Of a DNA stretch of 45,170 bases, positions 1 through 9,599 are shown piece by piece. Each line of letters opens with the position of its first letter. Positions within the stretch are counted from its first letter, which is position 1. Under the pieces are notes generated by a model, which was not told where the DNA came from, made no database searches, and worked only from the letters and a program-made list of their open reading frames with translations. The stretch is from positions 1-45,170 of the forward strand of contig JWZX01003301.1 in the NCBI GenBank assembly GCA_001275005.1. Reading direction: 5' to 3'. A program made the translations under genes and the position numbers. This DNA is from Chrysochromulina tobinii. Taxonomy: Eukaryota.

Positions 1-1
1 G

Positions 2-625
2 GGGGGTGGTGGGGGTGGTGGGGGTGGTGGGGGTGGCGGGGGTGCGGGTGCGCCAGCGCCGGTGGTGGCGGCGCCGGTGGCGGCGCCGGCGCCGGCTCCG
101 TCGGTGGTGAGCGTACCAGATCTCCTCCAGATGGGCTTCTCTTTTGAGAGCGTGCACGCGGCGCTCACGGCGAGCGGCGGCAACATCACCGCGGCGCAGG
201 AGCTCCTTCTTGAGGCCGCCGTCGAGCCGTCGCCGCCGTTTCTGACGACGGCGCAGCAGCCGCTGCCGACGACGACGGCAGCGACACCCATAAGCGCGAT
301 GCCGTCGCCTATGCAATCTCCCACAGCGCCGCAGCCGGCCGCAGCCACACTCATGGGTGCGGCACCCTTTGGCCTCGGGCCGTTGCCACAGGGATGGCAT
401 GCGTGCACCGACCCGACGTACAACCGACCATACTGGTTCAACACACTGACGCGGCAGAGCACGTGGTCTGACCCTCGAGTCAGCGCGGCACAAATGCTGC
501 CACCAGCGGTGGCGCAGGTCCAAGCTCGACAGCAGGCGTCAGCGGCGGCGGCGGCGCGACTGCCGATGGATCCAAACCGCGGTGCCAGTGCCAGTGGGCC
601 GCCGCTCGTGCTCGATCCTGACTGA
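2..625 (+). CDS. UBA- and WW-domain protein, 3' part (5' truncated by the window edge)
   Basis: Frame open from position 2 (poly-Gly, then APV repeats). UBA-like LLQMGFSFESVHAALTASGGNITAAQELL and WW-like LPQGWHACTDPTYNRPYWFNTLTRQSTWSDP. Stop at 625. Confidence 0.75.
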   Translation, partial: GGGGGGGGGGGGGGAGAPAPVVAAPVAAPAPAPSVVSVPDLLQMGFSFESVHAALTASGGNITAAQELLLEAAVEPSPPFLTTAQQPLPTTTAATPISAMPSPMQSPTAPQPAAATLMGAAPFGLGPLPQGWHACTDPTYNRPYWFNTLTRQSTWSDPRVSAAQMLPPAVAQVQARQQASAAAAARLPMDPNRGASASGPPLVLDPD

Positions 626-981
626 ATAGCTTGAATTGCGCGGCCTGTCGTGTGAAGTCTTAGTTTGGTCATGCACAGTCGATCATTGGCGTGGTGTCTA
701 CTGTCTCCGCTCGAGCAGTTTACCATTGACTGTGAAGTATCGGAGGCCCAAGCTTAGGATGTCCTTGGCGCTCGTGTTTCCTGTTCGCAAGAAGATCCCC
801 CCGAGAGGGGGTGGCGCACTTGTCGGTGTCGCCGACAACACTTATCAAGTTTAGCAACTCATCAGAGAATGCGACGCGGGAACGCCGACGGACTCGAGCA
901 GCCGACGCGCAGGCAGGACACAGACACATGCGCCCAGGACGATGCGACGCCGTGCGAGCGGCGACGCGCCGTCTGTCGACG

Positions 982-2382
982 ATGCACAGCGCGCTTGTTG
1001 ACACTGTGCCTCTGCGGCCGACGCTGAACAACTCGAAGCTCAGTAGATGCAGCCTGCCGCTGTCCAAGCTGCCACCGCTCAGTGCGGAGGAGAATAGGGC
1101 ACTTCGAGAGCGCTACCTGTCTCCTGCGCTCAAGATGCACTACGCCGATTCGGTAGCAGGGCCCATCAAGGTTGCCTCTGCCCAGGGCCAGTACATCTTC
1201 GATTCTGACGGTAACCGCTACCTCGACTGCGTCAACAATGTTTGCCACGTGGGTCACTGCCATCCCCGCGTGGTGCAGGCGGCCGCGCAGCAGCTTGCCA
1301 TGATCAATACAAACTCGCGCTACATGCACGACAATGTCGTACGGCTGGCGCAGCGGCTGGCAGATTCCATGCCCGGCCCGCTCGAAGTGTGCATCTTCGT
1401 CAACAGCGGCTCGGAGGCCAACGACCTCGCGCTGCGCCTTGCTCGCAACTATGGCCAGCGCGACGTGTACTGCGTCGACCAGGCATACCATGGGCATACG
1501 GCGGCAACGCTCGCCATCTCGCCCTACTCCAAGTACGGCCCGGTCGATCTGCCCAGTGACACGGTCAAGCTCATGCTGCCAGATCACTATCGGCTGGGCG
1601 TCTCCGCCGAGCGGATGACTGAGCTGTGCGTCGCCGAGTTCGAGTGGCTCCTTTCGAGCCGCGAGACGCCGCCGGCCGCGTTCATCGTCGAGAGCCTCAT
1701 CTGCTGCGGCGGCCAGGTGGTTCTACCGCCGGGCTACCTGCGCCAGATGCATGCGCTCGTGCGCCAGCACGGTGGCCTCGCAATTGCGGACGAGGTGCAG
1801 GTGGGCTTCGGCCGCGTTGGCGACCACATGTGGGGCTTCGAGGCGCACGACGCGACGCCCGACATCGTGACGCTCGGCAAGCCGTTTGGGAACGGATTCC
1901 CGCTTTCCGCCGTCGTCACCACTCGCGCGGTCGCCGATGCCTCCCGGGACGTGGAGTACTTCAACACCTTTGGCGGTAATCCAGTCGCTTGCGCCGTCGG
2001 GCTCGAAGTGATGCAGGTGATCGCCGATGAGGGGCTGCGCGAGAACGCGCGCGACACGGGCCGGTACACGCGCACGCTCGTGGCCAACCTGGCGGCGAAG
2101 CACGCGAGCATTGGCGACGTGCGCGGGATGGGCCTCCTCTTCGGGTGTGAATTCGTCATCGATCGGAGCACACGCGAACCCAATGCGCGTCTGGCGGACC
2201 ACTGCATGCAGTGGATGCGTGCAGAGCGGCAGGTGCTCGTCTCGACGGATGGGCCGCACCGCAACGTCATCAAGATGAAGCCACCCCTCTGTTTCACACC
2301 CGAGAATGGTGAGACTCTCGCCGCGGCCATCGACGATGCACTCACCGCCTACGCGTCTGGAATAGACTATTCACGTCGATGA
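982..2382 (+). CDS. Class III PLP-dependent aminotransferase, ethanolamine-phosphate / 5-phosphohydroxylysine phospho-lyase (ETNPPL/PHYKPL)-like
   Basis: Motifs GNRYLDCVNNVCHVGHCHP, FVNSGSEANDLALRLAR, AYHG, IADEVQVGFGRVG, PDIVTLGKPFGNGFP (PLP lysine), EYFNTFGGNP, NVIKMKPP. Start uncertain (ATG 928 or 982). Confidence 0.9.
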   Translation: MHSALVDTVPLRPTLNNSKLSRCSLPLSKLPPLSAEENRALRERYLSPALKMHYADSVAGPIKVASAQGQYIFDSDGNRYLDCVNNVCHVGHCHPRVVQAAAQQLAMINTNSRYMHDNVVRLAQRLADSMPGPLEVCIFVNSGSEANDLALRLARNYGQRDVYCVDQAYHGHTAATLAISPYSKYGPVDLPSDTVKLMLPDHYRLGVSAERMTELCVAEFEWLLSSRETPPAAFIVESLICCGGQVVLPPGYLRQMHALVRQHGGLAIADEVQVGFGRVGDHMWGFEAHDATPDIVTLGKPFGNGFPLSAVVTTRAVADASRDVEYFNTFGGNPVACAVGLEVMQVIADEGLRENARDTGRYTRTLVANLAAKHASIGDVRGMGLLFGCEFVIDRSTREPNARLADHCMQWMRAERQVLVSTDGPHRNVIKMKPPLCFTPENGETLAAAIDDALTAYASGIDYSRR

Positions 2383-3053
2383 TGCCTGGTGCTCTCGCGC
2401 GCGTGACACAGCCGCCACTAAACACTCTACAGCAAGGACGCGCATTCAAACACGCTGTTGGCGAGTCTCATCGTGCATGTGTGCCCACAGAGAGTGGAGT
2501 AGTGAGACATTTTGGTCCGCCACCGGTACAGGTACTGTAACCATCCGCCCGCGGAGCTCGCCGTGCGACAGGCGATCAGGCCACGCGAGGATGGTCCACC
2601 GTTTTCCGCTTGCCGGAGAGCGAGAAAAGTGGCCGGCCAACTAAATGCCAACTTTATGCCAATAGGCCATTTATCGAATGCGTGTGCCATAGCCCCCGCG
2701 GCCGACCAATGGTCGGGTCGCCACTGCCAACCGCAAAAAAGCCATAGCCCGCGGCCATCTGATCTAACCGCTCGTTTCCAGCGCCCAGCGGCCGTCTACT
2801 CTCGACCTCGCTATAGTCCTCTGTACCCTGGTACAGTCAACAGTGAGCCCGGGGCCGGGCGTTCAGGGTTCAGCTAAGGATACCGCGCGTCACTGACCGC
2901 GCGTGCACACACACCCACACCCTTGCACACTGCACCGTACAGTGCAGGGTGGTACCGACACTACTTCTCGAGCTGCAGACACAGCCAAGTCGCTCTGAAA
3001 TATACACCTTTTTACAGGAGGTCGAGGTGTATTCGGTACGGCATGTCATAGTA

Positions 3054-3590
3054 CTATGTAGAGACTTCGGCTCCAGAGAGAGTATTATTAGCTCCGCGCG
3101 GCTCCGGAATGCGGCTCCGGAATATGGAGCTGAGCGCGGATAGGAGTTCATCAAGGCACGACAAGGGAGAACTTGTCGGCTCAGATGATAAGCTGTGCCA
3201 CATAGCGGTGCGCATTGCATCGCTGCTCAGCATGCGACCGGCCTTGTTTGAGTCCGCCATGCTGGAGGTGGGTGACCTGCAATGGTTCGGCGCATGCGGT
3301 CAGAGCCGCATGAACAAGGCGATGAGCTTTGGAGCTTATGCGCGGGGAATAACTCACCTGTGGCACAGGTGCTCACGACTATCGTGGCACTGGTTTGAGT
3401 TCATGAGCAGCACGTGCCGTGCAAGGATCTGACTTTGCTCGGGCTTCATGATGAGCGTAAGCATCAACATTAGATCACTCGACTTCATGGTGATCACTGT
3501 TCCATATGAAAGGCCAATCGAGTGCATGCGGCCCGCATAGTCTTGTGGCATCTTGAGCGAGTCGCAGAGCTCTTCCAATTCGCGGTGCAT
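3054..3590 (-). CDS. Hypothetical two-exon protein (~150 aa), exons 3590-3358 and 3276-3054
   Basis: An 81-nt intron 3357-3277 (CAG|GTGAGT...TTGCAG|G) joins the ORF MHRELEELCDSLK...HLCHR in frame to SPTSSMADSNK.... No recognisable domain. Confidence 0.45.
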
Positions 3591-3796
3591 CGAACGTGGA
3601 CGTCCGCACGGTGACGCGCAGATCGCGATTTTTAGTAACCTTCCGAAATTGAAATGAACGTTTTAACAATTTGCCAAATCGGGTTCGCCATGTATGGATC
3701 CGCGAGATCCGCGAGACCCGACTTTGATGGAATCGCGTGTGGAGCATCGGAATTATGCCAGATGGTCAGGTGCTGGTCAGGGTGGGCCAAGGGGTG

Positions 3797-3922
3797 TTCA
3801 AGTTCAAGTTACTACATAAACAAGAAAACAACAGACAACCTAACGGAAGCCTGTCGAATGTGCTCTCGAGGCTAGCAGTGGTGGTGAGAGTCGACGGAGA
3901 TGAACTTGAACTTGAACTTGAA
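3797..3922. mobile_element. Putative 126-bp MITE-like non-autonomous element
   Basis: Perfect 14-bp terminal inverted repeats TTCAAGTTCAAGTT (3797-3810) and AACTTGAACTTGAA (3909-3922), flanked by the direct repeat GGGGTG (3791-3796, 3923-3928). AT-rich interior. Confidence 0.5.
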
Positions 3923-4187
3923 GGGGTGGGCCCGAGTTCCTCAATACTCTACTAGCCCTTGTTCTAGGCTACATGTATTATGTAGTGTGTAGGGCTAGAG
4001 GGCTAGGAAGTACAGGCGGGTCCGACGCGTCGTCGCCCTCCGACCCTCTGGTCGCGCCGTGGGGGACAGCGCGAGGCCTCTGGTGAGAAGAGCACGTAAG
4101 TGCTGTCGATGTGTGCGACGTGTGAACGCCCACGGGGGCGCGCGCGCGCCGCGAAAAGCGCGAAAAAGTGAAGACCTCTCTTTCGTG

Positions 4188-4901
4188 ATGCTTGGACGTG
4201 CTCGACACCTTTGCGAAGTTCCGGCAGCGACGACCATAGCCCGAGCAACTCGGCAATGGATCCAGCAATTTGTCATTCGCGAGCGTCTCTGCCCATTTGC
4301 TGCCGCAAGCGACATTCAAGTCATCGTTGATACATTCTCCCAAGACGCCAACTGGCAAATAAACGCCGCCATCGATGCTGATCGCAGGATCATGCTAGAA
4401 GGCTTGGATCGTGCCCAGTCCGAAGTCGAGCGTTTACTTACTGACCGGGTGTTCTCTTCACCCACTGCCAATCTGTTCCTTGTGTGGCCTTATGGGTTGG
4501 CCGACATGAACACCTTTCTGCCATTTGCCTCTGCTGTGATTGCGCATGCGGACCTAGCCAGCGGCACTGGCGGACCCGAAGATGCTACGAAGCCCGCGAC
4601 CGCGTTTCCGTTTCATCCCTTCATGGGCCGGGAGAGTGCTGCCGGTGGACCCACGCTCCGGCATGCGCTGCGGCAGAAAGGTGTCGACGCCATCAACGAC
4701 TTCCGTTTCGTCTCTCCATATCCTATGCTGCACGTCATACCGCGCGCCGAGTTGCACAAATCGAGGGAGCAGCTCGGGAGCCGTGCCAAGAGTGGTGGCT
4801 TGCACTTGCTCGACCGAAATCTGAAGCGCATGCGAGACGCGTCGGATGAAGATCGGCAGCGGTGGGAGGCTCTTTTAGACCGCTGCCGCGCTGTCCACTA
4901 G
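4188..4901 (+). CDS. DUF1415-like protein
   Basis: TRQWIQQFVIRERLCPFA, FHP and SPYPMLHVI resemble conserved DUF1415 motifs. Start taken at ATG 4188. Confidence 0.65.
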   Translation: MLGRARHLCEVPAATTIARATRQWIQQFVIRERLCPFAAASDIQVIVDTFSQDANWQINAAIDADRRIMLEGLDRAQSEVERLLTDRVFSSPTANLFLVWPYGLADMNTFLPFASAVIAHADLASGTGGPEDATKPATAFPFHPFMGRESAAGGPTLRHALRQKGVDAINDFRFVSPYPMLHVIPRAELHKSREQLGSRAKSGGLHLLDRNLKRMRDASDEDRQRWEALLDRCRAVH

Positions 4902-5232
4902 ACTAAGACTTTCCGCGCACATCAAGCTGTATCACGTTTGACTGTAGAACCCACTAAGTTGCGTAGTCGCAGACCAGCAGAGTCGGGTGTAGGTTCATCA
5001 AGTTCACTATTGACTCTTGCATAAATAGTTATAGTTTACATTGTGCTGCCGGCGTGTGGGTGTGCGACTGGGGTCTTTGGCGTCGCCTCCGGTCCGGTCC
5101 GAGAGGCGACAAGTGAGTCGCGTCGCTAACAGTAACTCTGTCGTCGCGAACGCTCTCCACTAGGACTTCTGCATCCCGCATGAGAGGCACATAATAGTCA
5201 CCCCGCGTCGGCGATGATGTTGCAGTGGCGGT

Positions 5233-6186
5233 TTAGCTGTCACTCAAATCGACGGTTCCGCACACCCTCACAATCTTCGGAGGCGAATCTTTCGGAGGCG
5301 GCTTTGGTGGTGACTGATAGACGTTGATGAGGATCATGTCCTGATCGGTGCCCGGGCTCACGCGCGCTGCCTCGAGCGAGTCCGCGTGCACAAAAGTGCG
5401 CTCGTCGTTGCGTGCGGGGTCGTTGACGACAAAGCCGCCTCGCTCGTCATCAAGACCGGTCACCAGAACGTAGTGGCCCATGAAGCCCTCGCTTTCGCCG
5501 CCGCTGCCACTGCTGCCATCATCTGCGAAGCCGCTGACCACCCGGCGGTGTATTTTGGTGACGTCGACGAGCATTATGACAATGGTCTCTTCCGCGCGCA
5601 TCAGGTTCCACAGCTCCGTCGCGCTCAAGGTACGCTCCAGCACGACCACGCCCTCCACCGCCGCCGCTGAGAAGAGCCGGCTAACTCGTCGCGAGTCTGC
5701 GGCGAGCGAGTCGTTGTAAAAGGCACTGCCCTCGTACGTGCTTGCGTCCATGGAGGCCTTCGCGGTGAGGAATTCGCACTCGACGCCGTACTCAGTGAGA
5801 AGGTACGCGAGGTCGATGCTCCACACCGAAGTCGACGCGAGCCTCTGAATCAGGTCCTCATTGCTCGGCGTGTGCCCGAGCGCCCCAAGCGCCATCTGCG
5901 TGCACGCGAGCCCACAGTCCCACGTGGTCTCCTGCTTCTTCTTCGCCACGTGCAGCCCGCTCGGCGCGCCGTACCCAACTGTGTAGCCTTCCTTCTCCAC
6001 CTCATCATCCGTCCACACGTCGTGGCCTTGCTTGCGAAGCTTGGCGACGCGCAACTTGATTTTGCGCAGCTCCGACTTCGATATGACTCTCAGATCGCCC
6101 GCAGCCGGGGCCGTCTGCTCCGCGGAGTCGGCAGCCGCTGAGGCACTCGGAGGAGACGTCAGAACGTTTACAGTCGGAGCGGCCAT
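5233..6186 (-). CDS. GUCD1: GUCD1-like protein (peptidase C39-like fold)
   Basis: QETTWDCGLACTQMAL, SVWSIDLAYLL, FMGHYVLVTG, VNDP, LEAARVSPGTDQD. Confidence 0.8.
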   Translation of the reverse strand: MAAPTVNVLTSPPSASAAADSAEQTAPAAGDLRVISKSELRKIKLRVAKLRKQGHDVWTDDEVEKEGYTVGYGAPSGLHVAKKKQETTWDCGLACTQMALGALGHTPSNEDLIQRLASTSVWSIDLAYLLTEYGVECEFLTAKASMDASTYEGSAFYNDSLAADSRRVSRLFSAAAVEGVVVLERTLSATELWNLMRAEETIVIMLVDVTKIHRRVVSGFADDGSSGSGGESEGFMGHYVLVTGLDDERGGFVVNDPARNDERTFVHADSLEAARVSPGTDQDMILINVYQSPPKPPPKDSPPKIVRVCGTVDLSDS

Positions 6187-6895
6187 GTGAGTGGGGTCCG
6201 CTCCCAGTAGTTCAGCATGGTTCAGTACGTGTATCTCACACGTACCGGTACACTTCACACGTCACACTTAGTACTACACCATTGCATGTTCCCAGCACGG
6301 AGCTCGGAGGAGACTCAGGACACACGCTCTCCTTGAGGCACGTGTAGGCAGATCCCCATCGGCCCGCAACTCTCGACACGCACATACAGTATCTAGCGCG
6401 CGTGACACGCACGGCACACGCCGCACGCCCGGCCCGCCGCCTCGCTGCGTCCATCCCCGTTCGCGCACATCGCTCCCTCAGACGAGTGCCCTGCACACAC
6501 CCCTCGGATCCTCACCACATGCCGGCCTCACACGCACATGGACTCCAACACATGGACACTCCTGAGCGGCGCGCCCAGGACGGCGCCCGTCAGGATCTGA
6601 CGGCGCCCGCCCCGCGCATCCGCGGGGCCGTCGCGCCTCCTCCTCGACAAGTCCTCGCCCCACGCACCACGCCGTGGGAAAATCACCGCTATCGGCTCGC
6701 CAGAGGGCCGGGGGCTGCGCGCCGGTGCCCCTCTCTAGCGGCGCGGCCTCATAGCGCCAAACTCAACGCCCTCGGGGAAGCCCACCACGACGCGCGGGAC
6801 GCCACCGGGCAGCGTCGTGGTGGGCAGCCCGGGGCAGCGTCGCGCGGCAGGCCGCCCACCACGCGCCTCGCGCCGCGGCCTCGGCACGCGTGCGC

Positions 6896-7624
6896 TTACG
6901 AGCGCTTTGCCTTGCCCAGGCGCGGCTCGAGAGGCTCGTACGAGCCCGGGCCAGGCGTGTCCTGCGGAAGAAACGGCAGGGAGCGCTGAGGCGAGGTCGT
7001 CGAAAAGGCCGGCTTGATCTTGCTCGAGCGGAGGACGGCCTGCTGCGAGTCGAGGAGCAGCGTGCCCGACGTCTCCTCGTACGAGCCCGGCCCCACGCCA
7101 GGCTCAGTCATGCTCTGCTCCACACGGAAGCGGCCGCCCGCGCTCCGCAGCGACGCGCCCGAGTCGCGCTTGTTCGCGTACACGCTGGCCATGTTAGGCG
7201 AGTACGTGCCCGCGCCAGGCACGGGCGTGTCGTCCTTTGGCCGCTGCAGCGATCCCGAGCGGAACACGGAGATGTTGGGGTCAACCGCAGCGTACTGCTT
7301 CTTGGCCGACTCAGCTGCCTGGTAAGCGCCCGGACCCGGCGAGTCCTCGCCGTACAGCTGCATCGCCAGGTCGCGCGTCGACGTGGCCTGGAAGGGCTTC
7401 TGCGTCTTGTTGTGCGTGAACGACGACGTCGCCACGATGTCAGAGTTCATGTAAGGATCGTACGCGCCCGGGTCGCCCTGCTGCTCGAGCTCGAGGCCCT
7501 TCTTCATGCCATCCTTGAAGGCGGCGGTGGGTTTCCTATTGACCGGCTTCTTGCTGCGGCCGATCTCGTATTCGCCGAAGGCGACGGGCGCCCGAGGCTT
7601 GCTCCCTGTCATGACCACCGGCAT
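6896..7624 (-). CDS. SHIPPO/PGP-repeat (ODF3/STPG-like) ciliary protein
   Basis: Five PG(P/A)G(A/S/T)Y-type repeats: DPGAY, SPGPGAY, VPGAGTY, VGPGSY, TPGPGSY. Confidence 0.75.
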   Translation of the reverse strand: MPVVMTGSKPRAPVAFGEYEIGRSKKPVNRKPTAAFKDGMKKGLELEQQGDPGAYDPYMNSDIVATSSFTHNKTQKPFQATSTRDLAMQLYGEDSPGPGAYQAAESAKKQYAAVDPNISVFRSGSLQRPKDDTPVPGAGTYSPNMASVYANKRDSGASLRSAGGRFRVEQSMTEPGVGPGSYEETSGTLLLDSQQAVLRSSKIKPAFSTTSPQRSLPFLPQDTPGPGSYEPLEPRLGKAKRS

Positions 7625-7954
7625 GGTTGACGCGGGTGAAGAGCCTGTCCGCGGCGAAAAGCGCCTTTTGGCTTTGCTCGTTGTCAAGTTGGGAAACGTG
7701 TTGGTTTGGCGAAACCACTTTTCCAAAAAAAAACGGCGAAGTTTGAATCCAAAGCTCTTCGCGCACGAACACATGACGAACGCTCGAACGTAACGCGACG
7801 AGTGTGATATGTGATGAATGCACTGCGCTGGAGGCCGACGCGCTCGACATGGCGCTCCGTCGCCGATCGACGGCGACGCCCGACAAGCCACGTGCCTGGC
7901 CGGCGCCATGCATAGATGTGTCTAGGGCGCCGCCGACGCATATCTCGAGCTTGC

Positions 7955-9411
7955 TCAGGGCATGTTGTTGAGCTTCTTGAAGTGCGCCATAGCCTCTGGC
8001 TCGGAGTTGAGCTTCTTCCAAGCCGCGACCTGCTTGAAAATGTGCGCGAGCACGTGACGCGCCGTGCGGTTCTCCGGCCGGAGCACCTGGCTCACGCCGA
8101 GCAGGTCGCCCGCCTCCTTGATGAAGTACTCGAGGTCGTCATCATTGCACTTGTTGGTGAGGTGCGCGAGACGCACCTTTTCGGACGCGAACTGATCGTC
8201 GAGGTCGAACAAGTCGAGGGCAGGAGGCGGGGGCTCGCGCAACGAGGGCGGGAAGACGGCGGGTTGAAGCGGCGGTAGAGGGTGCTCAAACTGCGGCGGG
8301 ATGAGCGAGAGGGGCTCGTGCTTGACGTCGAGGGTCTCGTAGAGCTTCACAGCCTCCGGGATGAGAGAGGTGTCGAATTTGAACAGCGAGTCGTCGAAGA
8401 GCGTCGTGAAGTCCTTCGTGACCTCCTCTGTCTCCTCGAGACAGCAGCGCACCTGTGGGGAGGGGCAGAACGCCGTGGTGAGCACTTGCATGCCGTGAAC
8501 TCGACCTCCTCGAGACAGCAGCGTACCCGTTCCGCGAGGGCCTCTGAGTCAGGCAGCTGGTGGTACTCGGCCACGTCGGGGTCATCGGCGTCGATCGAGT
8601 CCATCGTGACGCCGCCGTCGTGTGTGAGCCAGCGCAAGAGCACATTCACCAGCTTCCCGTTCTCCTCCTTATCCACCCAGTCGTCCTGCAGCACGTATGA
8701 CGAGCCGAGCACACAAAGGCGGCCGCCACCCAGAGCGCCCGAGACGGCGCCCGAGCGCGCCCTCTCGCCACTCCAGAGCGCGCAGACAGGCCGGTTGAGC
8801 GGGAAGGCGAGCGGCCCCGAGGAGAGCACGGGGAAGGCGGGCTTCTGCACCGCCAGCGAGCAGCCGTACGGGTACACGAACGACAAGTTGGCCTGAGGCG
8901 ACGACTCAGAGATTGCTGGCGGCACCAGCGCACCTGTCGCGGCGGACGCCGCGCGCGGCCGCCTGCCAGAAGCGACGTTGATCTCACGGTTGAGGACGCC
9001 GTTGGCAATGTGCACCTCCTTCGGGTGCAGGTACTTGTAGTACACCGTGCGCACCACCGCGTCCTGGTTGAAGGCTATGCCGTATTCCTCGCAAAAGTAG
9101 TTGACATTGGTCGCAAACTTGCTCTCACCCTCCTCGCCGAGCGTGATGAAGATGGAGCCGCCCTCCTTCATGTACTCGTTCATCGCCTCAAACTCCGCCG
9201 CCGAGAACTTCTCGCGCGGCCCCACAATAGCAAAGACCGACGCCTCGCGCAGCACTGCAAGAGTAATCGCATCCTTGTTGACGGCGATTGTGAACTGGCT
9301 ACCCAGCTTCCGTCGGAGCCCCTTGAGCCCCTGGTTGGGGGTGAACAGCTCGCGCTTTGACACGTCGAACAGGATCGTCTTCTCCTGACGGCCCACAATG
9401 GGGGCAGCCAT
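7955..9411 (-). CDS. IFT52: Intraflagellar transport protein 52; exons 9411-8527 and 8452-7955
   Basis: ILFDVSKRELF, GPREKFSAAEF, DAVVRTVYYKYLHPKE, FVYPYGCSL, PLSLIPPQFEHPLPPLQPAVFPP, LDLFDLDDQFASEKVRLAHLTNKC. A 74-nt GT-AG intron at 8526-8453 joins the two frames. Confidence 0.95.
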
Positions 9412-9599
9412 CGCGCGTGCGTGCCGCGCGGCGCGCAAGCCGTTGGTCCTCTGTGCACCGCGACTGGCAGCTCGCGCGCCGAATTGAGCGGAATTTCCTT
9501 CGGCTGGGCTGGGGGTCTCGCACGATCGTGATCTTCCTGCCAAGACATGGTGTCCGGTTTTCACAGCTTCACCTATTTTACGTTGCCGCCCCCGCACTA

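Noticed and set aside
1..50. (GGGGGTGGT)n as a telomere-like or G-quadruplex element
   Set aside because: Explained as poly-Gly codons in the frame of the UBA/WW gene. Not a TTAGGG-type repeat.
2430..2960. Lower-GC interval with several small hairpins, a possible transposon remnant
   Set aside because: No convincing terminal repeats, target duplication or transposase motif.
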